Assembly: GCA_964057225.1 (NCBI GenBank)
Contig: CAXKVF010000102.1
Coordinates: 1 to 64,000, forward strand
DNA: 64,000 nucleotides
Source of the DNA: Auanema rhodensis
Lineage: Eukaryota > Animalia > Nematoda
Reading direction: 5' to 3'
The position numbers and the translations under genes are program-made. Numbering within the stretch: position 1 is the first letter of the stretch; every line of letters starts with the position of its first letter. The notes beneath the pieces are model-generated. The model was not told where the DNA came from. It searched no databases and worked only from the letters and a program-made list of their open reading frames with translations. Shown here piece after piece: positions 11,410 to 24,819 of this stretch.

Positions 11410-14400
11410 TTAAATGTACACGTGATGTGCACTTGGTATGTAACTCGCTTCACGTGAAAGATAAAGAGATGCGGTTTTCAAAATTAGATTCCCCATGTCC
11501 ATATTAGTCTAAAAACCAATTTTTATTGATATTGGTGCATGGTAACCATGACTTTGAAATTTACGTGAACTTTAATTTATGCTAATTAAATGTACACGTG
11601 ATGTGCACTTGGTATGTAACTCGCTTCACGTGAAAGATAAAGAGATGCGGTTTTCAAAATTAGATTCCCCATGTCCATATTAGTCTAAAAACAAATTTTT
11701 ATTGATATTGGTTCATGGTAACCATGACTTTGAAATTTACGTGAACTTTAATTTATGCTAATTAAATGTACACGTGATGTGCACTTGGTATGTAACTCGC
11801 TTCACGTGAAAGATAAAGAGATGCGGTTTTCAAAATTAGATTCCCCATGTCCATATTAGTCTAAAAACCAATTTTTATTGATATTGGTGCATGGTAACCA
11901 TGACTTTGAAATTTACGTGAACTTTAATTTATGCTAATTAAATGTACACGTGATGTGCACTTGGTATGTAACTCGCTTCACGTGAAAGATAAAGAGATGC
12001 GGTTTTCAAAATTAGATTCCCCATGTCCATATTAGTCTAAAAACAAATTTTTATTGATATTGGTTCATGGTAACCATGACTTTGAAATTTACGTGAACTT
12101 TAATTTATGCTAATTAAATGTACACGTGATGTGCACTTGGTATGTAACTCGCTTCACGTGAAAGATAAAGAGATGCGGTTTTCAAAATTAGATTCCCCAT
12201 GTCCATATTAGTCTAAAAACAAATTTTTATTGATATTGGTTCATGGTAACCATGACTTTGAAATTTACGTGAACTTTAATTTATGCTAATTAAATGTACA
12301 CGTGATGTGCACTTGGTATGTAACTCGCTTCACGTGAAAGATAAAGAGATGCGGTTTTCAAAATTAGATTCCCCATGTCCATATTAGTCTAAAAACAAAT
12401 TTTTATTGATATTGGTTCATGGTAAACATGACTTTGAAATTTACGTGAACTTTAATTTATGCTAATTAAATGTACACGTGATGTGCACTTGGTATGTAAC
12501 TCGCTTCACGTGAAAGATAAAGAGATGCGGTTTTTAAAATTAGATTCTCCATGTCCATATTAGTCTAAAAACCAATTTTTATTGATATTGGTGCATGGTA
12601 ACCATGACTTTGAAATTTACGTGAACTTTAATTTATGCTAATTAAATGTACATGTGATGTGCACTTGGTATGTAACTCGCTTCACGTGAAAGATAAAGAG
12701 ATGCGGTTTTCAAAATTAGATTCCCCATGTCCATATTAGTCTAAAAACCAATTTTTATTGATATTGGTGCATGGTAACCATGACTTTGAAATTTACGTAA
12801 ACTTTAATTTATGCTAATTAAATGTACACGTGATGTGCCCTTGGTATGTAACTCGCTTCACGTGAAAGATAAAGAGATACGGTTTTCAAAATTAGATTCC
12901 CCATGTCCATATTAGTCTAAAAACCAATTTTTATTGATATTGGTGCATGGTAACCATGACTTTGAAATTTACGTGAACTTTAATTTATGCTAATTAAATG
13001 TACACGTGATGTGCACTTGGTATGTAACTCGCTTCACGTGAAAGATAAAGAGATGCGGTTTTCAAAATTAGATTCCCCATGTCCATATTAGTCTAAAAAC
13101 AAATTTTTATTGATATTGGTTCATGGTAAACATGACTGTGAAATTTACGTGAACTTTAATTTATGCTAATTAAATGTACACGTGATGTGCACTTGGTATG
13201 TAACTCGCTTCACGTGAAAGATAAAGAGATGCGGTTTTTAAAATTAGATTCTCCATGTCCATATTAGTCTAAAAACCAATTTTTATTGATATTGGTGCAT
13301 GGTAACCATGACTTTGAAATTTACGTGAACTTTAATTTATGCTAATTAAATGTACATGTGATGTGCACTTGGTATGTAACTCGCTTCACGTGAAAGATAA
13401 AGAGATGCGGTTTTCAAAATTAGATTCCCCATGTCCATATTAGTCTAAAAACCAATTTTTATTGATATTGGTGCATGGTAACCATGACTTTGAAATTTAC
13501 GTGAACTTTAATTTATGCTAATTAAATGTACACGTGATGTGCACTTGGTATGTAACTCGCTTCACGTGAAAGATAAAGAGATGCGGTTTTCAAAATTAGA
13601 TTCCCCATGTCCATATTAGTCTAAAAACAAATTTTTATTGATATTGGTTCATGGTAAACATGACTTTGAAATTTACGTGAACTTTAATTTATGCTAATTA
13701 AATGTACACGTGATGTGCACTTGGTATGTAACTCGCTTCACGTGAAAGATAAAGAGATGCGGTTTTCAAAATTAGATTCCCCATGTCCATATTAGTCTAA
13801 AAACAAATTTTTATTGATATTGGTTCATGGTAAACATGACTTTGAAATTTACGTGAACTTTAATTTATGCTAATTAAATGTACACGTGATGTGCACTTGG
13901 TATGTAACTCGCTTCACGTGAAAGATAAAGAGATGCGGTTTTCAAAATTAGATTCCCCATGTCCATATTAGTCTAAAAACCAATTTTTATTGATATTGGT
14001 GCATGGTAACCATGACTTTGAAATTTACGTGAACTTTAATTTATGCTAATTAAATGTACACGTGATGTGCACTTGGTATGTAACTCGCTTCACGTGAAAG
14101 ATAAAGAGATGCGGTTTTCAAAATTAGATTCCCCATGTCCATATTAGTCTAAAAACAAATTTTTATTGATATTGGTTCATGGTAACCATGACTTTGAAAT
14201 TTACGTGAACTTTAATTTATGCTAATTAAATGTACACGTGATGTGCACTTGGTATGTAACTCGCTTCACGTGAAAGATAAAGAGATGCGGTTTTCAAAAT
14301 TAGATTCCCCATGTCCATATTAGTCTAAAAACCAATTTTTATTGATATTGGTGCATGGTAACCATGACTTTGAAATTTACGTGAACTTTAATTTATGCTA

Positions 14401-15840
14401 ATTAAATGTACACGTGATGTGCACTTGGTATGTAACTCGCTTCACGTGAAAGATAAAGAGATGCGGTTTTCAAAATTAGATTCCCCATGTCCATATTAGT
14501 CTAAAAACAAATTTTTATTGATATGGGTTCATGGTAACCATGACTTTGAAATTTACGTGAACTTTAATTTATGCTAATTAAATGTACACGTGATGTGCAC
14601 TTGGTATGTAACTCGCTTCACGTGAAAGATAAAGAGATGCGGTTTTCAAAATTAGATTCCCCATGTCCATATTAGTCTAAAAACAAATTTTTATTGATAT
14701 TGGTTCATGGTAACCATGACTTTGAAATTTACGTGAACTTTAATTTATGCTAATTAAATGTACACGTGATGTGCACTTGGTATGTAACTCGCTTCACGTG
14801 AAAGATAAAGAGATGCGGTTTTCAAAATTAGATTCCCCATGTCCATATTAGTCTAAAAACAAATTTTTATTGATATTGGTTCATGGTAAACATGACTTTG
14901 AAATTTACGTGAACTTTAATTTATGCTAATTAAATGTACACGTGATGTGCACTTGGTATGTAACTCGCTTCACGTGAAAGATAAAGAGATGCGGTTTTTA
15001 AAATTAGATTCTCCATGTCCATATTAGTCTAAAAACCAATTTTTATTGATATTGGTGCATGGTAACCATGACTTTGAAATTTACGTGAACTTTAATTTAT
15101 GCTAATTAAATGTACATGTGATGTGCACTTGGTATGTAACTCGCTTCACGTGAAAGATAAAGAGATGCGGTTTTCAAAATTAGATTCCCCATGTCCATAT
15201 TAGTCTAAAAACCAATTTTTATTGATATTGGTGCATGGTAACCATGACTTTGAAATTTACGTGAACTTTAATTTATGCTAATTAAATGTACACGTGATGT
15301 GCCCTTGGTATGTAACTCGCTTCACGTGAAAGATAAAGAGATACGGTTTTCAAAATTAGATTCCCCATGTCCATATTAGTCTAAAAACCAATTTTTATTG
15401 ATATTGGTGCATGGTAACCATGACTTTGAAATTTACGTGAACTTTAATTTATGCTAATTAAATGTACACGTGATGTGCACTTGGTATGTAACTCGCTTCA
15501 CGTGAAAGATAAAGAGATGCGGTTTTCAAAATTAGATTCCCCATGTCCATATTAGTCTAAAAACAAATTTTTATTGATATTGGTTCATGGTAAACATGAC
15601 TTTGAAATTTACGTGAACTTTAATTTATGCTAATTAAATGTACACGTGATGTGCACTTGGTATGTAACTCGCTTCACGTGAAAGATAAAGAGATGCGGTT
15701 TTCAAAATTAGATTCCCCATGTCCATATTAGTCTAAAAACAAATTTTTATTGATATTGGTTCATGGTAAACATGACTTTGAAATTTACGTGAACTTTAAT
15801 TTATGCTAATTAAATGTACACGTGATGTGCACTTGGTATG

Positions 15841-18304
15841 TAACTCGCTTCACGTGAAAGATAAAGAGATGCGGTTTTCAAAATTAGATTCCCCATGTCC
15901 ATATTAGTCTAAAAACCAATTTTTATTGATATTGGTGCATGGTAACCATGACTTTGAAATTTACGTGAACTTTAATTTATGCTAATTAAATGTACACGTG
16001 ATGTGCACTTGGTATGTAACTCGCTTCACGTGAAAGATAAAGAGATGCGGTTTTCAAAATTAGATTCCCCATGTCCATATTAGTCTAAAAACCAATTTTT
16101 ATTGATATTGGTGCATGGTAACCATGACTTTGAAATTTACGTGAACTTTAATTTATGCTAATTAAATGTACACGTGATGTGCACTTGGTATGTAACTCGC
16201 TTCACGTGAAAGATAAAGAGATGCGGTTTTCAAAATTAGATTCCCCATGTCCATATTAGTCTAAAAACAAATTTTTATTGATATGGGTTCATGGTAACCA
16301 TGACTTTGAAATTTACGTGAACTTTAATTTATGCTAATTAAATGTACACGTGATGTGCACTTGGTATGTAACTCGCTTCACGTGAAAGATAAAGAGATGC
16401 GGTTTTCAAAATTAGATTCCCCATGTCCATATTAGTCTAAAAACAAATTTTTATTGATATTGGTTCATGGTAAACATGACTTTGAAATTTACGTGAACTT
16501 TAATTTATGCTAATTAAATGTACACGTGATGTGCACTTGGTATGTAACTCGCTTCACGTGAAAGATAAAGAGATGCGGTTTTCAAAATTAGATTCCCCAT
16601 GTCCATATTAGTCTAAAAACAAATTTTTATTGATATTGGTTCATGGTAAACATGACTTTGAAATTTACGTGAACTTTAATTTATGCTAATTAAATGTACA
16701 CGTGATGTGCACTTGGTATGTAACTCGCTTCACGTGAAAGATAAAGAGATGCGGTTTTCAAAATTAGATTCCCCATGTCCATATTAGTCTAAAAACAAAT
16801 TTTTATTGATATTGGTTCATGGTAAACATGACTTTGAAATTTACGTGAACTTTAATTTATGCTAATTAAATGTACACGTGATGTGCACTTGGTATGTAAC
16901 TCGCTTCACGTGAAAGATAAAGAGATACGGTTTTCAAAATTAGATTCCCCATGTCCATATTAGTCTAAAAACCAATTTTTATTGATATTGGTGCATGGTA
17001 ACCATGACTTTGAAATTTACGTGAACTTTAATTTATGCTAATTAAATGTACACGTGATGTGCACTTGGTATGTAACTCGCTTCACGTGAAAGATAAAGAG
17101 ATGCGGTTTTCAAAATTAGATTCCCCATGTCCATATTAGTCTAAAAACCAATTTTTATTGATATTGGTGCATGGTAACCATGACTTTGAAATTTACGTGA
17201 ACTTTAATTTATGCTAATTAAATGTACACGTGATGTGCACTTGGTATGTAACTCGCTTCACGTGAAAGATAAAGAGATGCGGTTTTCAAAATTAGATTCC
17301 CCATGTCCATATTAGTCTAAAAACCAATTTTTATTGATATTGGTGCATGGTAACCATGACTTTGAAATTTACGTGAACTTTAATTTATGCTAATTAAATG
17401 TACACGTGATGTGCACTTGGTATGTAACTCGCTTCACGTGAAAGATAAAGAGATGCGGTTTTCAAAATTAGATTCCCCATGTCCATATTAGTCTAAAAAC
17501 AAATTTTTATTGATATGGGTTCATGGTAACCATGACTTTGAAATTTACGTGAACTTTAATTTATGCTAATTAAATGTACACGTGATGTGCACTTGGTATG
17601 TAACTCGCTTCACGTGAAAGATAAAGAGATGCGGTTTTCAAAATTAGATTCCCCATGTCCATATTAGTCTAAAAACAAATTTTTATTGATATTGGTTCAT
17701 GGTAAACATGACTTTGAAATTTACGTGAACTTTAATTTATGCTAATTAAATGTACACGTGATGTGCACTTGGTATGTAACTCGCTTCACGTGAAAGATAA
17801 AGAGATGCGGTTTTCAAAATTAGATTCCCCATGTCCATATTAGTCTAAAAACAAATTTTTATTGATATTGGTTCATGGTAAACATGACTTTGAAATTTAC
17901 GTGAACTTTAATTTATGCTAATTAAATGTACACGTGATGTGCACTTGGTATGTAACTCGCTTCACGTGAAAGATAAAGAGATGCGGTTTTCAAAATTAGA
18001 TTCCCCATGTCCATATTAGTCTAAAAACAAATTTTTATTGATATTGGTTCATGGTAAACATGACTTTGAAATTTACGTGAACTTTAATTTATGCTAATTA
18101 AATGTACACGTGATGTGCACTTGGTATGTAACTCGCTTCACGTGAAAGATAAAGAGATACGGTTTTCAAAATTAGATTCCCCATGTCCATATTAGTCTAA
18201 AAACCAATTTTTATTGATATTGGTGCATGGTAACCATGACTTTGAAATTTACGTGAACTTTAATTTATGCTAATTAAATGTACACGTGATGTGCACTTGG
18301 TATG
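15841..18304. repeat. 7-monomer (1232 bp) tandem duplication
   Basis: T93G at 16285/17517 and isolated G31A at 16927/18159; m91-97 = m98-104. Confidence 0.88.
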
Positions 18305-19677
18305 TAACTCGCTTCACGTGAAAGATAAAGAGATGCGGTTTTCAAAATTAGATTCCCCATGTCCATATTAGTCTAAAAACAAATTTTTATTGATATTGGT
18401 TCATGGTAAACATGACTTTGAAATTTACGTGAACTTTAATTTATGCTAATTAAATGTACACGTGATGTGCACTTGGTATGTAACTCGCTTCACGTGAAAG
18501 ATAAAGAGATGCGGTTTTCAAAATTAGATTCCCCATGTCCATATTAGTCTAAAAACCAATTTTTATTGATATTGGTGCATGGTAACCATGACTTTGAAAT
18601 TTACGTGAACTTTAATTTATGCTAATTAAATGTACACGTGATGTGCACTTGGTATGTAACTCGCTTCACGTGAAAGATAAAGAGATGCGGTTTTCAAAAT
18701 TAGATTCCCCATGTCCATATTAGTCTAAAAACAAATTTTTATTGATATTGGTTCATGGTAACCATGACTTTGAAATTTACGTGAACTTTAATTTATGCTA
18801 ATTAAATGTACACGTGATGTGCACTTGGTATGTAACTCGCTTCACGTGAAAGATAAAGAGATGCGGTTTTTTTCAAAATTAGATTCCCCATGTCCATATT
18901 AGTCTAAAAACAAATTTTTATTGATATTGGTTCATGGTAAACATGACTTTGAAATTTACGTGAACTTTAATTTATGCTAATTAAATGTACACGTGATGTG
19001 CACTTGGTATGTAACTCGCTTCACGTGAAAGATAAAGAGATGCGGTTTTTAAAATTAGATTCTCCATGTCCATATTAGTCTAAAAACCAATTTTTATTGA
19101 TATTGGTGCATGGTAACCATGACTTTGAAATTTACGTGAACTTTAATTTATGCTAATTAAATGTACATGTGATGTGCACTTGGTATGTAACTCGCTTCAC
19201 GTGAAAGATAAAGAGATGCGGTTTTCAAAATTAGATTCCCCATGTCCATATTAGTCTAAAAACAAATTTTTATTGATATTGGTTCATGGTAAACATGACT
19301 TTGAAATTTACGTGAACTTTAATTTATGCTAATTAAATGTACACGTGATGTGCACTTGGTATGTAACTCGCTTCACGTGAAAGATAAAGAGATGCGGTTT
19401 TTAAAATTAGATTCTCCATGTCCATATTAGTCTAAAAACCAATTTTTATTGATATTGGTGCATGGTAACCATGACTTTGAAATTTACGTGAACTTTAATT
19501 TATGCTAATTAAATGTACATGTGATGTGCACTTGGTATGTAACTCGCTTCACGTGAAAGATAAAGAGATGCGGTTTTCAAAATTAGATTCCCCATGTCCA
19601 TATTAGTCTAAAAACAAATTTTTATTGATATTGGTTCATGGTAACCATGACTTTGAAATTTACGTGAACTTTAATTT

Positions 19678-19860
19678 ATGCTAATTAAATGTACACGTGA
19701 TGTGCACTTGGTATGTAACTCGCTTCACGTGAAAGATAAAGAGATGCGGTTTTCAAAATTAGATTCCCCATGTCCATATCAGTCTAAAAACCAATTTTTA
19801 TTGATATTGGTGCATGGTAACCATGACTTTGAAATTTACGTGAACTTTAATTTATGCTAA
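19678..19860 (+). other. Fortuitous 60-aa ORF in a satellite monomer (TAG>CAG at 19780); duplicate of 11227-11409
   Basis: Listed in the ORF track with an identical translation. Lies at the equivalent position of the duplicated 15-monomer block. Confidence 0.85.
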
Positions 19861-20947
19861 TTAAATGTACACGTGATGTGCACTTGGTATGTAACTCGCT
19901 TCACGTGAAAGATAAAGAGATGCGGTTTTCAAAATTAGATTCCCCATGTCCATATTAGTCTAAAAACCAATTTTTATTGATATTGGTGCATGGTAACCAT
20001 GACTTTGAAATTTACGTGAACTTTAATTTATGCTAATTAAATGTACACGTGATGTGCACTTGGTATGTAACTCGCTTCACGTGAAAGATAAAGAGATGCG
20101 GTTTTCAAAATTAGATTCCCCATGTCCATATTAGTCTAAAAACAAATTTTTATTGATATTGGTTCATGGTAACCATGACTTTGAAATTTACGTGAACTTT
20201 AATTTATGCTAATTAAATGTACACGTGATGTGCACTTGGTATGTAACTCGCTTCACGTGAAAGATAAAGAGATGCGGTTTTCAAAATTAGATTCCCCATG
20301 TCCATATTAGTCTAAAAACCAATTTTTATTGATATTGGTGCATGGTAACCATGACTTTGAAATTTACGTGAACTTTAATTTATGCTAATTAAATGTACAC
20401 GTGATGTGCACTTGGTATGTAACTCGCTTCACGTGAAAGATAAAGAGATGCGGTTTTCAAAATTAGATTCCCCATGTCCATATTAGTCTAAAAACAAATT
20501 TTTATTGATATTGGTTCATGGTAACCATGACTTTGAAATTTACGTGAACTTTAATTTATGCTAATTAAATGTACACGTGATGTGCACTTGGTATGTAACT
20601 CGCTTCACGTGAAAGATAAAGAGATGCGGTTTTCAAAATTAGATTCCCCATGTCCATATTAGTCTAAAAACAAATTTTTATTGATATTGGTTCATGGTAA
20701 CCATGACTTTGAAATTTACGTGAACTTTAATTTATGCTAATTAAATGTACACGTGATGTGCACTTGGTATGTAACTCGCTTCACGTGAAAGATAAAGAGA
20801 TGCGGTTTTCAAAATTAGATTCCCCATGTCCATATTAGTCTAAAAACAAATTTTTATTGATATTGGTTCATGGTAAACATGACTTTGAAATTTACGTGAA
20901 CTTTAATTTATGCTAATTAAATGTACACGTGATGTGCACTTGGTATG

Positions 20948-22707
20948 TAACTCGCTTCACGTGAAAGATAAAGAGATGCGGTTTTTAAAATTAGATTCTC
21001 CATGTCCATATTAGTCAAAAAACCAATTTTTATTGATATTGGTGCATGGTAACCATGACTTTGAAATTTACGTGAACTTTAATTTATGCTAATTAAATGT
21101 ACATGTGATGTGCACTTGGTATGTAACTCGCTTCACGTGAAAGATAAAGAGATGCGGTTTTCAAAATTAGATTCCCCATGTCCATATTAGTCTAAAAACC
21201 AATTTTTATTGATATTGGTGCATGGTAACCATGACTTTGAAATTTACGTGAACTTTAATTTATGCTAATTAAATGTACACGTGATGTGCCCTTGGTATGT
21301 AACTCGCTTCACGTGAAAGATAAAGAGATACGGTTTTCAAAATTAGATTCCCCATGTCCATATTAGTCTAAAAACCAATTTTTATTGATATTGGTGCATG
21401 GTAACCATGACTTTGAAATTTACGTGAACTTTAATTTATGCTAATTAAATGTACACGTGATGTGCACTTGGTATGTAACTCGCTTCACGTGAAAGATAAA
21501 GAGATGCGGTTTTCAAAATTAGATTCCCCATGTCCATATTAGTCTAAAAACAAATTTTTATTGATATTGGTTCATGGTAAACATGACTTTGAAATTTACG
21601 TGAACTTTAATTTATGCTAATTAAATGTACACGTGATGTGCACTTGGTATGTAACTCGCTTCACGTGAAAGATAAAGAGATGCGGTTTTCAAAATTAGAT
21701 TCCCCATGTCCATATTAGTCTAAAAACAAATTTTTATTGATATTGGTTCATGGTAAACATGACTTTGAAATTTACGTGAACTTTAATTTATGCTAATTAA
21801 ATGTACACGTGATGTGCACTTGGTATGTAACTCGCTTCACGTGAAAGATAAAGAGATGCGGTTTTTAAAATTAGATTCTCCATGTCCATATTAGTCTAAA
21901 AACCAATTTTTATTGATATTGGTGCATGGTAACCATGACTTTGAAATTTACGTGAACTTTAATTTATGCTAATTAAATGTACATGTGATGTGCACTTGGT
22001 ATGTAACTCGCTTCACGTGAAAGATAAAGAGATGCGGTTTTCAAAATTAGATTCCCCATGTCCATATTAGTCTAAAAACCAATTTTTATTGATATTGGTG
22101 CATGGTAACCATGACTTTGAAATTTACGTGAACTTTAATTTATGCTAATTAAATGTACACGTGATGTGCCCTTGGTATGTAACTCGCTTCACGTGAAAGA
22201 TAAAGAGATACGGTTTTCAAAATTAGATTCCCCATGTCCATATTAGTCTAAAAACCAATTTTTATTGATATTGGTGCATGGTAACCATGACTTTGAAATT
22301 TACGTGAACTTTAATTTATGCTAATTAAATGTACACGTGATGTGCACTTGGTATGTAACTCGCTTCACGTGAAAGATAAAGAGATGCGGTTTTCAAAATT
22401 AGATTCCCCATGTCCATATTAGTCTAAAAACAAATTTTTATTGATATTGGTTCATGGTAAACATGACTTTGAAATTTACGTGAACTTTAATTTATGCTAA
22501 TTAAATGTACACGTGATGTGCACTTGGTATGTAACTCGCTTCACGTGAAAGATAAAGAGATGCGGTTTTCAAAATTAGATTCCCCATGTCCATATTAGTC
22601 TAAAAACAAATTTTTATTGATATTGGTTCATGGTAAACATGACTTTGAAATTTACGTGAACTTTAATTTATGCTAATTAAATGTACACGTGATGTGCACT
22701 TGGTATG
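20948..22707. repeat. 5-monomer (880 bp) tandem duplication
   Basis: C39T+C52T at 20986/21866 and A167C at 21290/22170; the first copy has a private T70A. Confidence 0.85.
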
Positions 22708-24819
22708 TAACTCGCTTCACGTGAAAGATAAAGAGATGCGGTTTTCAAAATTAGATTCCCCATGTCCATATTAGTCTAAAAACCAATTTTTATTGATATT
22801 GGTGCATGGTAACCATGACTTTGAAATTTACGTGAACTTTAATTTATGCTAATTAAATGTACACGTGATGTGCACTTGGTATGTAACTCGCTTCACGTAA
22901 AAGATAAAGAGATGCGGTTTTCAAAATTAGATTCCCCATGTCCATATTAGTCTAAAAACAAATTTTTATTGATATTGGTTCATGGTAACCATGACTTTGA
23001 AATTTACGTGAACTTTAATTTATGCTAATTAAATGTACACGTGATGTGCACTTGGTATGTAACTCGCTTCACGTGAAAGATAAAGAGATGCGGTTTTCAA
23101 AATTAGATTCCCCATGTCCATATTAGTCTAAAAACCAATTTTTATTGATATTGGTGCATGGTAACCATGACTTTGAAATTTACGTGAACTTTAATTTATG
23201 CTAATTAAATGTACACGTGATGTGCACTTGGTATGTAACTCGCTTCACGTGAAAGATAAAGAGATGCGGTTTTCAAAATTAGATTCCCCATGTCCATATT
23301 AGTCTAAAAACAAATTTTTATTGATATTGGTTCATGGTAACCATGACTTTGAAATTTACGTGAACTTTAATTTATGCTAATTAAATGTACACGTGATGTG
23401 CACTTGGTATGTAACTCGCTTCACGTGAAAGATAAAGAGATGCGGTTTTCAAAATTAGATTCCCCATGTCCATATTAGTCTAAAAACAAATTTTTATTGA
23501 TATTGGTTCATGGTAAACATGACTTTGAAATTTACGTGAACTTTAATTTATGCTAATTAAATGTACATGTGATGTGCACTTGGTATGTAACTCGCTTCAC
23601 GTGAAAGATAAAGAGATGCGGTTTTCAAAATTAGATTCCCCATGTCCATATTAGTCTAAAAACCAATTTTTATTGATATTGGTGCATGGTAACCATGACT
23701 TTGAAATTTACGTGAACTTTAATTTATGCTAATTAAATGTACACGTGATGTGCACTTGGTATGTAACTCGCTTCACGTGAAAGATAAAGAGATGCGGTTT
23801 TCAAAATTAGATTCCCCATGTCCATATTAGTCTAAAAACAAATTTTTATTGATATTGGTTCATGGTAAACATGACTTTGAAATTTACGTGAACTTTAATT
23901 TATGCTAATTAAATGTACACGTGATGTGCACTTGGTATGTAACTCGCTTCACGTGAAAGATAAAGAGATGCGGTTTTCAAAATTAGATTCCCCATGTCCA
24001 TATTAGTCTAAAAACAAATTTTTATTGATATTGGTTCATGGTAAACATGACTTTGAAATTTACGTGAACTTTAATTTATGCTAATTAAATGTACACGTGA
24101 TGTGCACTTGGTATGTAACTCGCTTCACGTGAAAGATAAAGAGATGCGGTTTTTAAAATTAGATTCTCCATGTCCATATTAGTCTAAAAACCAATTTTTA
24201 TTGATATTGGTGCATGGTAACCATGACTTTGAAATTTACGTGAACTTTAATTTATGCTAATTAAATGTACATGTGATGTGCACTTGGTATGTAACTCGCT
24301 TCACGTGAAAGATAAAGAGATGCGGTTTTCAAAATTAGATTCCCCATGTCCATATTAGTCTAAAAACCAATTTTTATTGATATTGGTGCATGGTAACCAT
24401 GACTTTGAAATTTACGTGAACTTTAATTTATGCTAATTAAATGTACACGTGATGTGCCCTTGGTATGTAACTCGCTTCACGTGAAAGATAAAGAGATACG
24501 GTTTTCAAAATTAGATTCCCCATGTCCATATTAGTCTAAAAACCAATTTTTATTGATATTGGTGCATGGTAACCATGACTTTGAAATTTACGTGAACTTT
24601 AATTTATGCTAATTAAATGTACACGTGATGTGCACTTGGTATGTAACTCGCTTCACGTGAAAAATAAAGAGATGCGGTTTTCAAAATTAGATTCCCCATG
24701 TCCATATTAGTCTAAAAACAAATTTTTATTGATATTGGTTCATGGTAAACATGACTTTGAAATTTACGTGAACTTTAATTTATGCTAATTAAATGTACAC
24801 GTGATGTGCACTTGGTATG

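Larger units (their letters stand above)
10561..13200. repeat. 15-monomer block duplicated at 19012-21651 (offset 48 monomers + 3 bp)
   Basis: Markers at a constant 8451-bp offset: C39T+C52T 10599/19050, 10951/19402 and 12535/20986; T65C 11329/19780; A167C 12839/21290. Confidence 0.85.

Noticed and set aside
11051-19860. Three 60-aa ORFs as real protein-coding genes
   Set aside because: They arise from one T>C stop-loss in 3 of ~363 monomers, with no recognisable domain or gene context.
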